A stretch of DNA of 61,496 nucleotides, from assembly GCA_023432565.1 (NCBI GenBank), contig JAEYUL010000043.1, positions 1 to 61,496 on the forward strand. The letters run 5' to 3'. The first letter of the stretch is position 1; every line of letters begins with the position of its first letter. The position numbers were made by a program, and so were the translations under genes. This DNA comes from Actinomycetes bacterium (GTDB lineage: Bacteria > Actinomycetota > Actinomycetes > Actinomycetales > Cellulomonadaceae). Below are positions 48,533 through 57,216 of this stretch, one piece after another. Below the pieces are notes generated by a model that was not told the DNA's origin, did not search any database, and was given only the letters and a program-made list of their open reading frames with translations.

Positions 48533-49810
48533 ATGGTGACCCTCGACGACACTGCCCCTGCGCCGGACGTGAGCACGGCGTCGTCGCCGACCGCGGGCCT
48601 GGTCGGAGCGAGCGTGTGCGTCGTGGGCATCAACTACGCCCCCGAGTCCACCGGGATCGCGCCGTACACCACGGCCCTCGCGCGCGCCCTGCTCGCGGGC
48701 GGAGCGCAGGTGCGTGTCGTCACAGGCGTCCCGCACTACCCGCAGTGGCGTGTCACGGACGAGCGGTACCTGGAGGGCCGGCGGTGGCGCGAGGACGTCG
48801 ACGGCGTGCCCGTGGTCCGCGTGCGGCACCACGTCCCGCCGAGGGCGGACCTCGTCGGGCGGGCCCGGATGGAAGCCTCCTTCCTGCGCGGTGCGCTGTC
48901 GGTCGTGCGCCGCACCCCCGCTGACGCGATCGTCGCCGTCACGCCGTCCCTCGCGGGTCTGGGCGCCGGCCTGCTCGGCCGCCGCGGGGCGCCGCTCGCT
49001 GTGGTCGTGCAGGACATCACCGGCGCGGGTGCGGCCGAGTCCGGCACGACCGGGCGGCTGGCCGGTGCCCTGATCGGTGCGGGTGAGCTCGCCGCGCTGC
49101 GTCGTGCCGACCTCGTGGGCGTGATCGCCCCGCGGTTCGGCGAGCGGCTCGTCGAGCAGGGCGTCGAGGCCGGACGGGTCGTGGACCTGCCGAACTTCAC
49201 GCACATCGAGCCGAGCTCGCTCACGCGCCACGAGGCGCGCGCGGTGCTCGGATGGGACGACGGCGAGGTCCTCGCGCTGCACACCGGGAACATGGGCATG
49301 AAGCAGGGCCTGGAGACGGTCGCTGCCGCCGCGCGGCTGACCGCGCCGGGCACCCGGTACTGCCTGCTCGGTGACGGCAACCAGCGCACTGCGCTCGAGG
49401 CGCAGGCCGAGGGCGTCGCCGCGTTGACGATGCACCCGCCCGTCGACGACGCCACCTACCCGGTGGCGCTGGCCGCGGCGGACGTGCTGGTGCTCTCGGA
49501 GCGCCAGGGCGTGCGCGAGATGAGCCTGCCCAGCAAGCTCACGTCCTACGTCGCGGCGGGCCGCCCGGTCGTCGCCGCGGTCGAGCCTGGCGGGATCACG
49601 CACACGCTCCTGCTCGAGCACGGCGCAGCCGAGCTCGTCCCCGCGGGTGACGCCGCGGCTCTCGACGAGGCGGTCCGCCGTGTCGCGGCCGACGGCGCGC
49701 GCAGCGCCGAGCTCGTCGCCGCGGGGCGGCGCATGGGGGAGCGGCTGTGGTCGGCGCAGGCCGCGCAGGACCGGTACCGCGACTTCGTCCTGCGGCTGCT
49801 CGGGTCCTGA
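48533..49810 (+). CDS. GT4 glycosyltransferase, WcaI-like
   Basis: GINYAPESTGIAPYT, PHYPQW, VQD, HTGNMGMKQGL and LPSKLTSY motifs. Confidence 0.9.
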   Translation: MVTLDDTAPAPDVSTASSPTAGLVGASVCVVGINYAPESTGIAPYTTALARALLAGGAQVRVVTGVPHYPQWRVTDERYLEGRRWREDVDGVPVVRVRHHVPPRADLVGRARMEASFLRGALSVVRRTPADAIVAVTPSLAGLGAGLLGRRGAPLAVVVQDITGAGAAESGTTGRLAGALIGAGELAALRRADLVGVIAPRFGERLVEQGVEAGRVVDLPNFTHIEPSSLTRHEARAVLGWDDGEVLALHTGNMGMKQGLETVAAAARLTAPGTRYCLLGDGNQRTALEAQAEGVAALTMHPPVDDATYPVALAAADVLVLSERQGVREMSLPSKLTSYVAAGRPVVAAVEPGGITHTLLLEHGAAELVPAGDAAALDEAVRRVAADGARSAELVAAGRRMGERLWSAQAAQDRYRDFVLRLLGS

Positions 49811-49811
49811 G

Positions 49812-51338
49812 GTGTCCGTCGCCGCCACCAGCGGTCCGGGTGTCGCGCAGACCGCCGACCCCTCCCGGGCGCCAGGGCTCCCCGCCCGGTGGGCCGTGTT
49901 CCTCGTGGTTGCGGCCGTGCTGTGCGGGCTGGTGCCGGTGCTGCTGCTGCAACAGGTCGAGGACGCGGGGCGAAGCGGCGCGTGGGGGCTCACGCTCGCG
50001 TTGATGGTCTGGGCGGGGATCAGGATCGCCCACCGGGTCGCCGACGGGCGCCCTGCGCTCTTCGACTTCGTGTTCTGGCTGTTCGTCTACATCTTCCTGG
50101 GCCTGGCCCCGACCGCGCAGATCCGCGCCGACCAGGTCTCGACGACGACGCCGGGCATGGACCCCGTGCTCGACAGCCGGATCGCCACGACCGTCTGGAC
50201 CGGGGTGCTGTGCTACGAGGCCGGTCGGTTCGTCGCACGCCATCTGCGGCGTCCCCCGGGCGTGGCACCGAAGGCCGTACGCCTCGACGTCGTGCCCGGC
50301 CGCGCGGTGGTGCTGACCGTGGTGGGCATCCTCGCCGCGGGGTACTACATCATGAAGATCGGGCCCTCGACCCTCTTCCTCAGCCGCTACGCCGCGTACG
50401 ACATCCGCTCGCAGCGCATGCCCGACGTCGCGCTGCGATCGATGCTCGCGGGCGCTGGCTCCTACCCCCTGCTGATCGCAGCAGGCGTCTACCTGCGGGT
50501 GTGGGTCACGCGCGTGCTCGGTCCCTCGTCGGCGCGGTACCTGCCGCTGCTCGTGCCCACCGTCGCGGTGCTCCTGGTGGTGGTGAACCCGATCTCGTCG
50601 GCGCGCTACGACTTCGGGACGGTGGCGTTCGCACTCGTGGTCCTCGTCGGTGCGGTCGGCACGAGACACCGCGCGCGCCTGACGATGGCCGGGACGGTCG
50701 CGGCCTTCCTGTTCGTCTTCCCGATCGCCGACGCGTTCCGCACCGACCGGGTCAACACCACCCGCAACGGCTTCTTCGGCGAGTACCTGGCCAACGCCGA
50801 CTACGACGCGTTCTGGCAGATCGGCAACGCGCTGTCCTACGTCGGCGACGGCCTCGTGCGTCCGTTGCGCCAGGCGCTGGGCGTCGTGCTGTTCTGGGTG
50901 CCGCGCGGGTCCTGGCCGGACAAGCCCGTGGACACCGGCATCTTGCTCGCCGACTACCGCGGCTACTCGTTCACCAACCTCTCGGCGCCCCTGTGGGCGG
51001 AGCTGCTGGTCAACGGCGGTATCGCACTGCTGGTGCTGGGCTTCGTCGGGCTCGGCATCGCGCTCGGGCGCCTCGACCTGCGGATCGTGCGGGCACTGCT
51101 GGGGGGCGGCCAGCTCTGGGCGATCGTCGGTGCGGTGTTCCCGGTCTACATGGTCATCCTGCTGCGCGGGTCGCTGCTGCAGGCCACCGGCACCCTGGCG
51201 GTCGCCGTCGCGTGCGTGCTGTACGTGCGCCGCTCGAAGCGCGCGACCGCCCCACCGGGCACGGTCGCGCGCAGCGGCTCCAGCGCGACTCAGGCCGACG
51301 AGCGCGCGGCGGGCGACGCCCCGACCTCGCCGACGTAG
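49812..51338 (+). CDS. Putative Wzy-type polysaccharide polymerase
   Basis: About 11 TM segments; late loop FWVPR..WPDKP…NLSAPLWAE…GG and LLRG; locus context. Confidence 0.65.
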   Translation: MSVAATSGPGVAQTADPSRAPGLPARWAVFLVVAAVLCGLVPVLLLQQVEDAGRSGAWGLTLALMVWAGIRIAHRVADGRPALFDFVFWLFVYIFLGLAPTAQIRADQVSTTTPGMDPVLDSRIATTVWTGVLCYEAGRFVARHLRRPPGVAPKAVRLDVVPGRAVVLTVVGILAAGYYIMKIGPSTLFLSRYAAYDIRSQRMPDVALRSMLAGAGSYPLLIAAGVYLRVWVTRVLGPSSARYLPLLVPTVAVLLVVVNPISSARYDFGTVAFALVVLVGAVGTRHRARLTMAGTVAAFLFVFPIADAFRTDRVNTTRNGFFGEYLANADYDAFWQIGNALSYVGDGLVRPLRQALGVVLFWVPRGSWPDKPVDTGILLADYRGYSFTNLSAPLWAELLVNGGIALLVLGFVGLGIALGRLDLRIVRALLGGGQLWAIVGAVFPVYMVILLRGSLLQATGTLAVAVACVLYVRRSKRATAPPGTVARSGSSATQADERAAGDAPTSPT

Positions 51339-52435
51339 ACGCGCTCGAGCTCGTCCCGCACCGCGTCCATCGAGAGCTCGGCACGGCACAGCTCGCGGCC
51401 CGCCAGGCCGGCGGCGCGTGCCTCGTCGGGTGAGTCGAGCAGCCGGGCGACGCCCGTGGTGAGCTCGTCCAGGCTCGGCCCGACGACCACGCCCGCCCCG
51501 TGGCGTCGGATGCGACCTGCGAGTCCGCACGTGTCGGTCACGACCACCGGCACACCCGCGGCCATCGCCTCGATGACGGACATCGGGAAGGGCTCGTCGA
51601 CGCTCGGCAGCACGGAGACGCTCGCCGCCGCGGCGCGCGTCGCAGCCTCGTCCAGCGGGAGGGGACCCACCCAGGCGATCCGGCCGTCGGCGTCGTCGCG
51701 GTCCAGCAGGGCGCGGACGTGGCTGCCCTCGCCCTCGTCAGGCCCGACGAGCGTGAACCTCGCGTCGGGGAACCGGCGCGCCAGGCGCTGCGCCGCCTCG
51801 ACGAACATCCCGGGCCGCTTGCGGGGCGCGAGCCGGGCCAGGTACAGCACCTCGCGCGGCAGCGCGGGATCGACCGCCGGCGGGATCGGGACGGCGTTGA
51901 CCAGGGGGACCAGCGGCAGGTCGACGCCGGCGACGGCGAGGACGTCGTCACGCTCGCGGTCGGTCAGGTGCAGCACGGCTGCTGCGTCACGCAGGACCGG
52001 CCGGGTCCAGCGGGCGTCGAGCGGCCGGGCGAGCGGGTGCGAGCTCGGGTCGATCATGCCGTGCGTCTGCAGCACGTAGCGCACCCCTGCCCGCTGGGCG
52101 AGCCGGGCGGCCGGCAGCGTGACGAGGTCGCGCGCCAGGTGGATGTGCACCACGTCCGCGCTGCGCACCGCGGAGCGCAGCCAACGCTGCAGGCCCGGGC
52201 TGCTCAGGCCCGCGAAGCCTGTGCCCGGCACCACCCGGCGCACGGGGAACAGCCGCACGCGCTGCCCGTCGACGTGCGTCGGCAGCTCCGCGAAGCCCGC
52301 GGCACCGCCGACGAGCTCGACATGGTGACCCGCGGCGCGCAGTGCGGACGCGTGGTGCAGCGCGACGCGCGTGGGGCCGCCGTAGGTGCCGTCGGGGGAG
52401 AAGAGTGTGACGACCGACAGGATCCGCAGCGTCAT
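51290..52435 (-). CDS. GT4 glycosyltransferase
   Basis: YGGP, HIHLARD, QTHGM, LARL.PRKR, GPDEG and PSVDEPFPMSVIEAMAAG.PVV motifs. Confidence 0.92.
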   Translation of the reverse strand: MTLRILSVVTLFSPDGTYGGPTRVALHHASALRAAGHHVELVGGAAGFAELPTHVDGQRVRLFPVRRVVPGTGFAGLSSPGLQRWLRSAVRSADVVHIHLARDLVTLPAARLAQRAGVRYVLQTHGMIDPSSHPLARPLDARWTRPVLRDAAAVLHLTDRERDDVLAVAGVDLPLVPLVNAVPIPPAVDPALPREVLYLARLAPRKRPGMFVEAAQRLARRFPDARFTLVGPDEGEGSHVRALLDRDDADGRIAWVGPLPLDEAATRAAAASVSVLPSVDEPFPMSVIEAMAAGVPVVVTDTCGLAGRIRRHGAGVVVGPSLDELTTGVARLLDSPDEARAAGLAGRELCRAELSMDAVRDELERVYVGEVGASPAARSSA

Positions 52436-52974
52436 GAGGCCGGCTCGGGCTGCCGTGCCGAGGGTGCCAGGACGACCGCACCGGCGGGGACGTCGCGCGT
52501 CACGAGTGCGGTGGCGCCGACGACGGCGTCCGCGCCGATCGTCACGCCGCGCAGCACCGTCGCGCGCGCCGCGACCCAGGCGCCGTCCTCGACGACGATC
52601 GGGGCGTTGTCGAACTCGAAGGTCGGTGAGCGGCGGTCGTGGCTGCCCGTGCAGAGCAGGACCTGCTGCGAGAGGCAGACGTCCGAGCCGATGGTGATCG
52701 GCTCGAGGTCGAGCAGGTGCGCTCCCTCACCGATCCAGGTGTGGTCCCCGACCGTGAGCTTCCACGGCCAGTGCACATGCACGTCGTGCCGGATCACGCA
52801 GCCGGTGCCGATCGTCGCGCCGAACGCGCGCAGGATCGCCACGCGCAGGCTCACGGGGCACCACCACCGGGTGACGACCAGCCCGCTGACGAGCAGCCAC
52901 AGCGCCTGCACGGGTGCGGGGCGGCCCTTGTCGTAGCCCACGCCGGTGAAGCCGGCCAGCCTGCGCCTCGTCAT
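52432..52974 (-). CDS. WcaF-like hexapeptide O-acetyltransferase
   Basis: YDKGR, LRAFGA.IG, WPWKL.VGD..WIGE, SQ…LCTGSHD and GVTIG motifs. Confidence 0.9.
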   Translation of the reverse strand: MTRRRLAGFTGVGYDKGRPAPVQALWLLVSGLVVTRWWCPVSLRVAILRAFGATIGTGCVIRHDVHVHWPWKLTVGDHTWIGEGAHLLDLEPITIGSDVCLSQQVLLCTGSHDRRSPTFEFDNAPIVVEDGAWVAARATVLRGVTIGADAVVGATALVTRDVPAGAVVLAPSARQPEPAS

Positions 52975-53942
52975 CCGCGCAACCGGTCCTCGTTCTGCAG
53001 GTACCACCGGTAGGTGGACGCGAGCCCGTCCCGCAGCGAGATCGAGGCCTTCCAGCCGAGGGAGTTGATCCGGTCGACGGACAGGAGCTTGCGCGGGGTG
53101 CCGTCGGGCTTCGTCGTGTCCCACGTGATGGTCCCGTCGTAACCGACCACGTCGGCCACGGTCTCGGCGAGCTCGCGGATGCTGACGTCCTCGCCCACGC
53201 CGATGTTGATCGGGACCGGGTCGTCGTAGTGCTCCAGCAGGAACAGCACGGCGGAGGCGACGTCGTCGCTGTGCAGGAACTCCCGGCGCGGCGTGCCCGT
53301 GCCCCAGCAGACCACCTCGCGCGCGCCGTCGCGCACTGCCTCGTGGAAGCGGCGCACCATCGCCGGGAGGACGTGCGAGCCGGTCGGCGAGAAGTTGTCG
53401 CCCGGGCCGTACAGGTTCGTCGGCATCGCCGAGACGTACGGCAGGCCGTGCTGGCGGCGGATGGCCTGCACCTGCAGGACCCCGGAGATCTTGGCGATCG
53501 CGTACGCGTCGTTGGTCTCCTCGAGCGGGCCCGTGAGCAGGGAGTCCTCGGTGATGGGCTGCGGCGCGAGCCGCGGGTAGATGCAGGTGGAGCCGAGGAA
53601 CAGGAAACGCTGCACACCCGTGCGGACAGCCGCGTCCATGAGGTTCACCTGGATGCGCAGGTTGTCCGACAGGAAGTCCGCCGGGTACGTCGCGTTCGCC
53701 AGGATCCCGCCGACGCGCGCCGCGGCGTCGACGACCACCGCCGGGCGTGCCCGGTCGAAGAACGCCTCGACGGCAGCCCGGTCGCGCAGGTCGAGCTCGG
53801 CGGACGTCGCGCCCACGAGGTCCGTGCATCCACGGGCCTCGAGCGCGCGCCAGACCGCGGAGCCGACGAGGCCGCGATGGCCGGCGACGTAGATCCGCGC
53901 TGCGCGGTCCAGCGGGTACGGGGCACTGAGCGGCTCGGGCAT
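52971..53942 (-). CDS. fcl: GDP-L-fucose synthase
   Basis: AGHRGLVGSA, AARVGGI.AN, LGSTCIYP, LE.TN.AYAIAK, MPTNLYGP, SHVLPA and DGTPRK motifs. Confidence 0.96.
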   Translation of the reverse strand: MPEPLSAPYPLDRAARIYVAGHRGLVGSAVWRALEARGCTDLVGATSAELDLRDRAAVEAFFDRARPAVVVDAAARVGGILANATYPADFLSDNLRIQVNLMDAAVRTGVQRFLFLGSTCIYPRLAPQPITEDSLLTGPLEETNDAYAIAKISGVLQVQAIRRQHGLPYVSAMPTNLYGPGDNFSPTGSHVLPAMVRRFHEAVRDGAREVVCWGTGTPRREFLHSDDVASAVLFLLEHYDDPVPINIGVGEDVSIRELAETVADVVGYDGTITWDTTKPDGTPRKLLSVDRINSLGWKASISLRDGLASTYRWYLQNEDRLRG

Positions 53943-54089
53943 AACGGACACCCTACGGACGGCCCTGGTGGGCGCGGCAGAAGCTGTCCGGGTGAAAGTC
54001 GGGCCAAGACGGATGATTCCGACATTGCGGACGTCTAGTGTGTGGGTGGCGACGAGGTGTCGCGGAGGTGACGAACGGGGGGGGTGACC

Positions 54090-54527
54090 ATGCGCGTGGG
54101 TTACGCCGCAGGTGCGTACGACCTCTTCCACGTCGGCCACCTGAACATCCTGCGCCACGCCCGCCAGCACTGCGACCACCTGATCGCCGGCGTCGTCTCG
54201 GACGAGATGCTTCTGCTCACCAAGGGTCGCGCCCCCGTGGTGCCGCTCGCGGAACGCATGGAGATCGTCGCGCACATCGCCTACGTCGACCAGGTCCACG
54301 CCGAGACGGTGCCGGACAAGCTCGAGACGTGGAAGCAGCTGCACTTCGACGTGTTCTTCAAGGGCGACGACTGGCGGGGGACGCCCAAGGGTGTCGAGCT
54401 GGAGCGGCGCTTCGCCGAGGTCGGTGTCGAGGTCGTCTACTTCCCGTACACGGCGCACACGTCGAGCACCGCGTTGCGCCGCGCGCTCGCGCTGCTCGAG
54501 GGTGAGCGCGCGGCGACCGCGATCTGA
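54090..54527 (+). CDS. Cytidylyltransferase (TagD-like)
   Basis: GAYDLFHVGHLN.L, ER.EI, KGDDW and PYT..TSST.LR motifs. Confidence 0.9.
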   Translation: MRVGYAAGAYDLFHVGHLNILRHARQHCDHLIAGVVSDEMLLLTKGRAPVVPLAERMEIVAHIAYVDQVHAETVPDKLETWKQLHFDVFFKGDDWRGTPKGVELERRFAEVGVEVVYFPYTAHTSSTALRRALALLEGERAATAI

Positions 54528-54571
54528 CCTCGCCCCAGCCCGCGCGCGGTCGGCCGCGGCCCCGCGTCCCG

Positions 54572-55552
54572 CTACAAGAGCTCGTTGGCGTCCTGCGGAC
54601 GCGGGTGGGCCAGGTACCAGTCGGCGGTCTGCTTGATACCCGTGGCCAGGTCGACCACCGGCTCGAAGCCGAGCGCCTGGAGCTTGGCCGTGTCAGGGCA
54701 CCGCCGCGGCGTGCCGCCCACGGGGGCCGGCCCTGCGACGAGCTCGACGTCGTCCAGCCCGACCGCGTGCGCGACGGTCCTGGTGAGCTCGGCGATCGTG
54801 ACCTCGTGCATCGACCCCACGTGGTAGACGCTCATCGTCTCGCCGTGCTGCCACATCGTCAGGATGCCCGCGACGATGTCGTCGACATGGCAGAACGCGC
54901 GCGTCTCGGAGCCGTCGCCCTGCAGCTCGATGCGGCTGGTGCCGTCCTCGAGCGCTGCCTTGGCCTTCGCCACGAGCTGCGGGATCACGTGCTTCCAGCC
55001 CATGTCGGGGCCATAGACGTTGTGCGGCCGGAACACCTGGACCTTCTCCAGCTCGTCGCGCCCGTAGTTGAACGCGATGAGCTCCGAGACGAGCTTGGAC
55101 CCACCGTAGGAGTACCGAGGGTTCAGGGAGTCGGGGATCACCATGGGCACGGTCTCCGGCGTCGGGACCAGCGCGGGCGTCTGGTAGACCTCGGCCGACG
55201 ACGCGACGACGAGGTCCGGAACTCCTGCGGCGATGCACGCCTCCGTGACGGCCAGGGCGCCACGCACCCCGACGTCGAGCACGAGGCGCGGACGGGTGTA
55301 GAAGTTCTCGGTGCCGTTGATCGCGGCGAGGTGGAAGACCGCGTCGGTGCCCGTGAGCGCATCGGTCAGCGCGGGCGCGTCCCGCACGTCGACGCCGACG
55401 AGGGTGATCTCCTCGAGCACGTCGTCGAGCCGCGACGCCCTGCCGCGCAGGAGGTTGTCGATCGCGAGGACCTCGTGCCCGCGTTCGAGCAGCTCACGCA
55501 CCAGGTAGGCGCCGATGAACCCGGCCGCGCCGGTGACGGCGACCCGCGCCAT
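54572..55552 (-). CDS. NAD-dependent nucleotide-sugar epimerase/dehydratase (extended SDR)
   Basis: TGAAGFIG, HLAA, ASSAEVY, YGGSK, NVYGP and GDGSETRAF motifs. Confidence 0.9.
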   Translation of the reverse strand: MARVAVTGAAGFIGAYLVRELLERGHEVLAIDNLLRGRASRLDDVLEEITLVGVDVRDAPALTDALTGTDAVFHLAAINGTENFYTRPRLVLDVGVRGALAVTEACIAAGVPDLVVASSAEVYQTPALVPTPETVPMVIPDSLNPRYSYGGSKLVSELIAFNYGRDELEKVQVFRPHNVYGPDMGWKHVIPQLVAKAKAALEDGTSRIELQGDGSETRAFCHVDDIVAGILTMWQHGETMSVYHVGSMHEVTIAELTRTVAHAVGLDDVELVAGPAPVGGTPRRCPDTAKLQALGFEPVVDLATGIKQTADWYLAHPRPQDANELL

Positions 55553-56883
55553 CAGAACTTCCCCGCGAGGTTGCCGACGGTGAAGTACGAGCCGGTCAGG
55601 ATGTCCGCGGGGCGGTCGGCGAGGTTGTTCCAGTAGTCGAACACGAAGCCGTTGTCGGACATCGTCATGAGGGTGCGCTCCAGGTCGATCGACGAGAACG
55701 CCGGGTGGTTGTTGGCCACGACGAGCAGGTCGGCGCCCGTGCACGCCTCGCCGAGGGTGTCGTGCACCTCGACGTCGCCCAGGGTGCGCAGCACCTCCGG
55801 CTCGACGACGGGGTCGTACAGACGGATCGTCCCGCACCGTCCGCTCGCCCGCAGGCGTTCGAGCACGGGGAGCGACATCGAGCCCCGCAGGTCGTCGGTC
55901 TCGGGTCGTCCCTTGAAGGCCAGCCCCGCGACGACCACGGTGTAGGGGCCGGGCTTGCGGCGGTCGAGCTCGGCCAGGACGGCATCGATGGTCTCGGCCG
56001 GCTGCCGCTCGTTCACGGCGCGGGCCGCGCGGGTGATCTCCAGGTCGACGCCGTAGGCGTCGAGCGACGCGGCGAGGATGTGAGGGTCCTTCTCCAGGCA
56101 CGGGCCGCCGACGAGCCCCGGCAGTGCGACGTCGGTGCGGGAGTACCCGAGCTTGCCGAAGCGGATGACCTCGTTGGCGTTCACGCCGATGGCGTCGCAC
56201 GCGCGGGCGACCTCGTTCGCGAACGCGAAGCGGACGTCTCGTGAGGTGTTGTCCACGAGCTTGATCATCTCGGCGGTCTCGGGGTCCGAGACGCGCACGA
56301 TCGTGTTCGTCAGACGGCTGAACAGCGCGGCGGCGGAGCCTGCGGCGGCCGGGTCCATGCCGCCGACGATCTGCGGGAGCAGCGTGAGCTCGCGCAGCGC
56401 GTCGCCCTCGAGCGTGCGCTCGGGGCACATCGCGAGCTTGAAGCGTCGGCCCGAGGCCTCGAGGATCGGGCGCACCACGTCCCGCGTGGTGCCCACCCGG
56501 ACGGTCGAGCGCAGGATCACGGTCGCGTCGTCGGGCATGTGCTCGGCGACCTCGCGGGTCGCCGCCTCGATCATGTCGAGCCGTGGCTCACGGGTTCCGG
56601 CGAGCAGGGGAGTGCCCACCGTCAGGACGTAGTACGCCGCGGGCGGGATGTCGGCGGTGGTCTGGGACGCCCGGAAGCGCCCGCCGTCCACGGCGGCTGC
56701 GAGCGCAGGCGCGAGTCCGACCTCCGAGAAGTGGGGGATCCCCTTGTTCGTGAGCTCGACCACGTCGAGGCGCCGCTCGACGCCGTGCACGCGCACGCCC
56801 CTGCGGGCGAGCGCGACGCCGAGCGTCAGGCCGACGTACCCCAGCCCGACCACGACGACGTCCAGGCGGTCCTCGGTGTCCAT
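55552..56883 (-). CDS. Nucleotide-sugar dehydrogenase (UDP-Glc/GDP-Man/WecC family)
   Basis: GLGYVG, VGTP, RSTV..GTT, CPER, AEMIKL, GGPCLEKDP and GLAFK…DDLR.S. GAAGGAG RBS. Confidence 0.92.
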   Translation of the reverse strand: MDTEDRLDVVVVGLGYVGLTLGVALARRGVRVHGVERRLDVVELTNKGIPHFSEVGLAPALAAAVDGGRFRASQTTADIPPAAYYVLTVGTPLLAGTREPRLDMIEAATREVAEHMPDDATVILRSTVRVGTTRDVVRPILEASGRRFKLAMCPERTLEGDALRELTLLPQIVGGMDPAAAGSAAALFSRLTNTIVRVSDPETAEMIKLVDNTSRDVRFAFANEVARACDAIGVNANEVIRFGKLGYSRTDVALPGLVGGPCLEKDPHILAASLDAYGVDLEITRAARAVNERQPAETIDAVLAELDRRKPGPYTVVVAGLAFKGRPETDDLRGSMSLPVLERLRASGRCGTIRLYDPVVEPEVLRTLGDVEVHDTLGEACTGADLLVVANNHPAFSSIDLERTLMTMSDNGFVFDYWNNLADRPADILTGSYFTVGNLAGKF

Positions 56884-57216
56884 GTGGCGGTCTCCTTCGC
56901 GGGTCATGGCGTGCACGGGTGCGCCGCCGTGGCCCTGCGATTCTCACCGGGACGTAACGGACACGCCAGGATGAACCGGACGTTTCACCCACTGTTCGCC
57001 CGATCGGTCCTGCGGGCCCGTGACATCGGCCGCCGGGGCGCTCCCGGCGCGCGGGGGCCGGGCGCGACGTGTCGGCCCGCGCTCGTAGACTCGTTGCCGC
57101 CCCCCGTGTCCCGCCGGACCCGGGGTCTTGGTGCTGCCTGGTCGCACGTGTGCGACGCGAACCTCACGCGGACGGGTTCCCCCGGCCGCCGACCCTGCGA
57201 GAGGTCTCCTGACTCG

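Noticed and set aside
54572..55552. Calling this SDR gmd
   Set aside because: It lacks the Gmd-specific GITGQDG and QSHV motifs.
30091..57216. Polysaccharide locus as a mobile element or genomic island
   Set aside because: No integrase, transposase, flanking direct repeat or tRNA boundary was seen, and coding composition looks broadly host-like.
56539..57216. N-terminal extensions given by the ORF track (mfd, glmU, pncA, tatD, prs, tetR, wzx and others)
   Set aside because: They overlap neighbouring genes or promoters. Downstream starts are supported by an RBS, a leaderless -10 or stop-start coupling.
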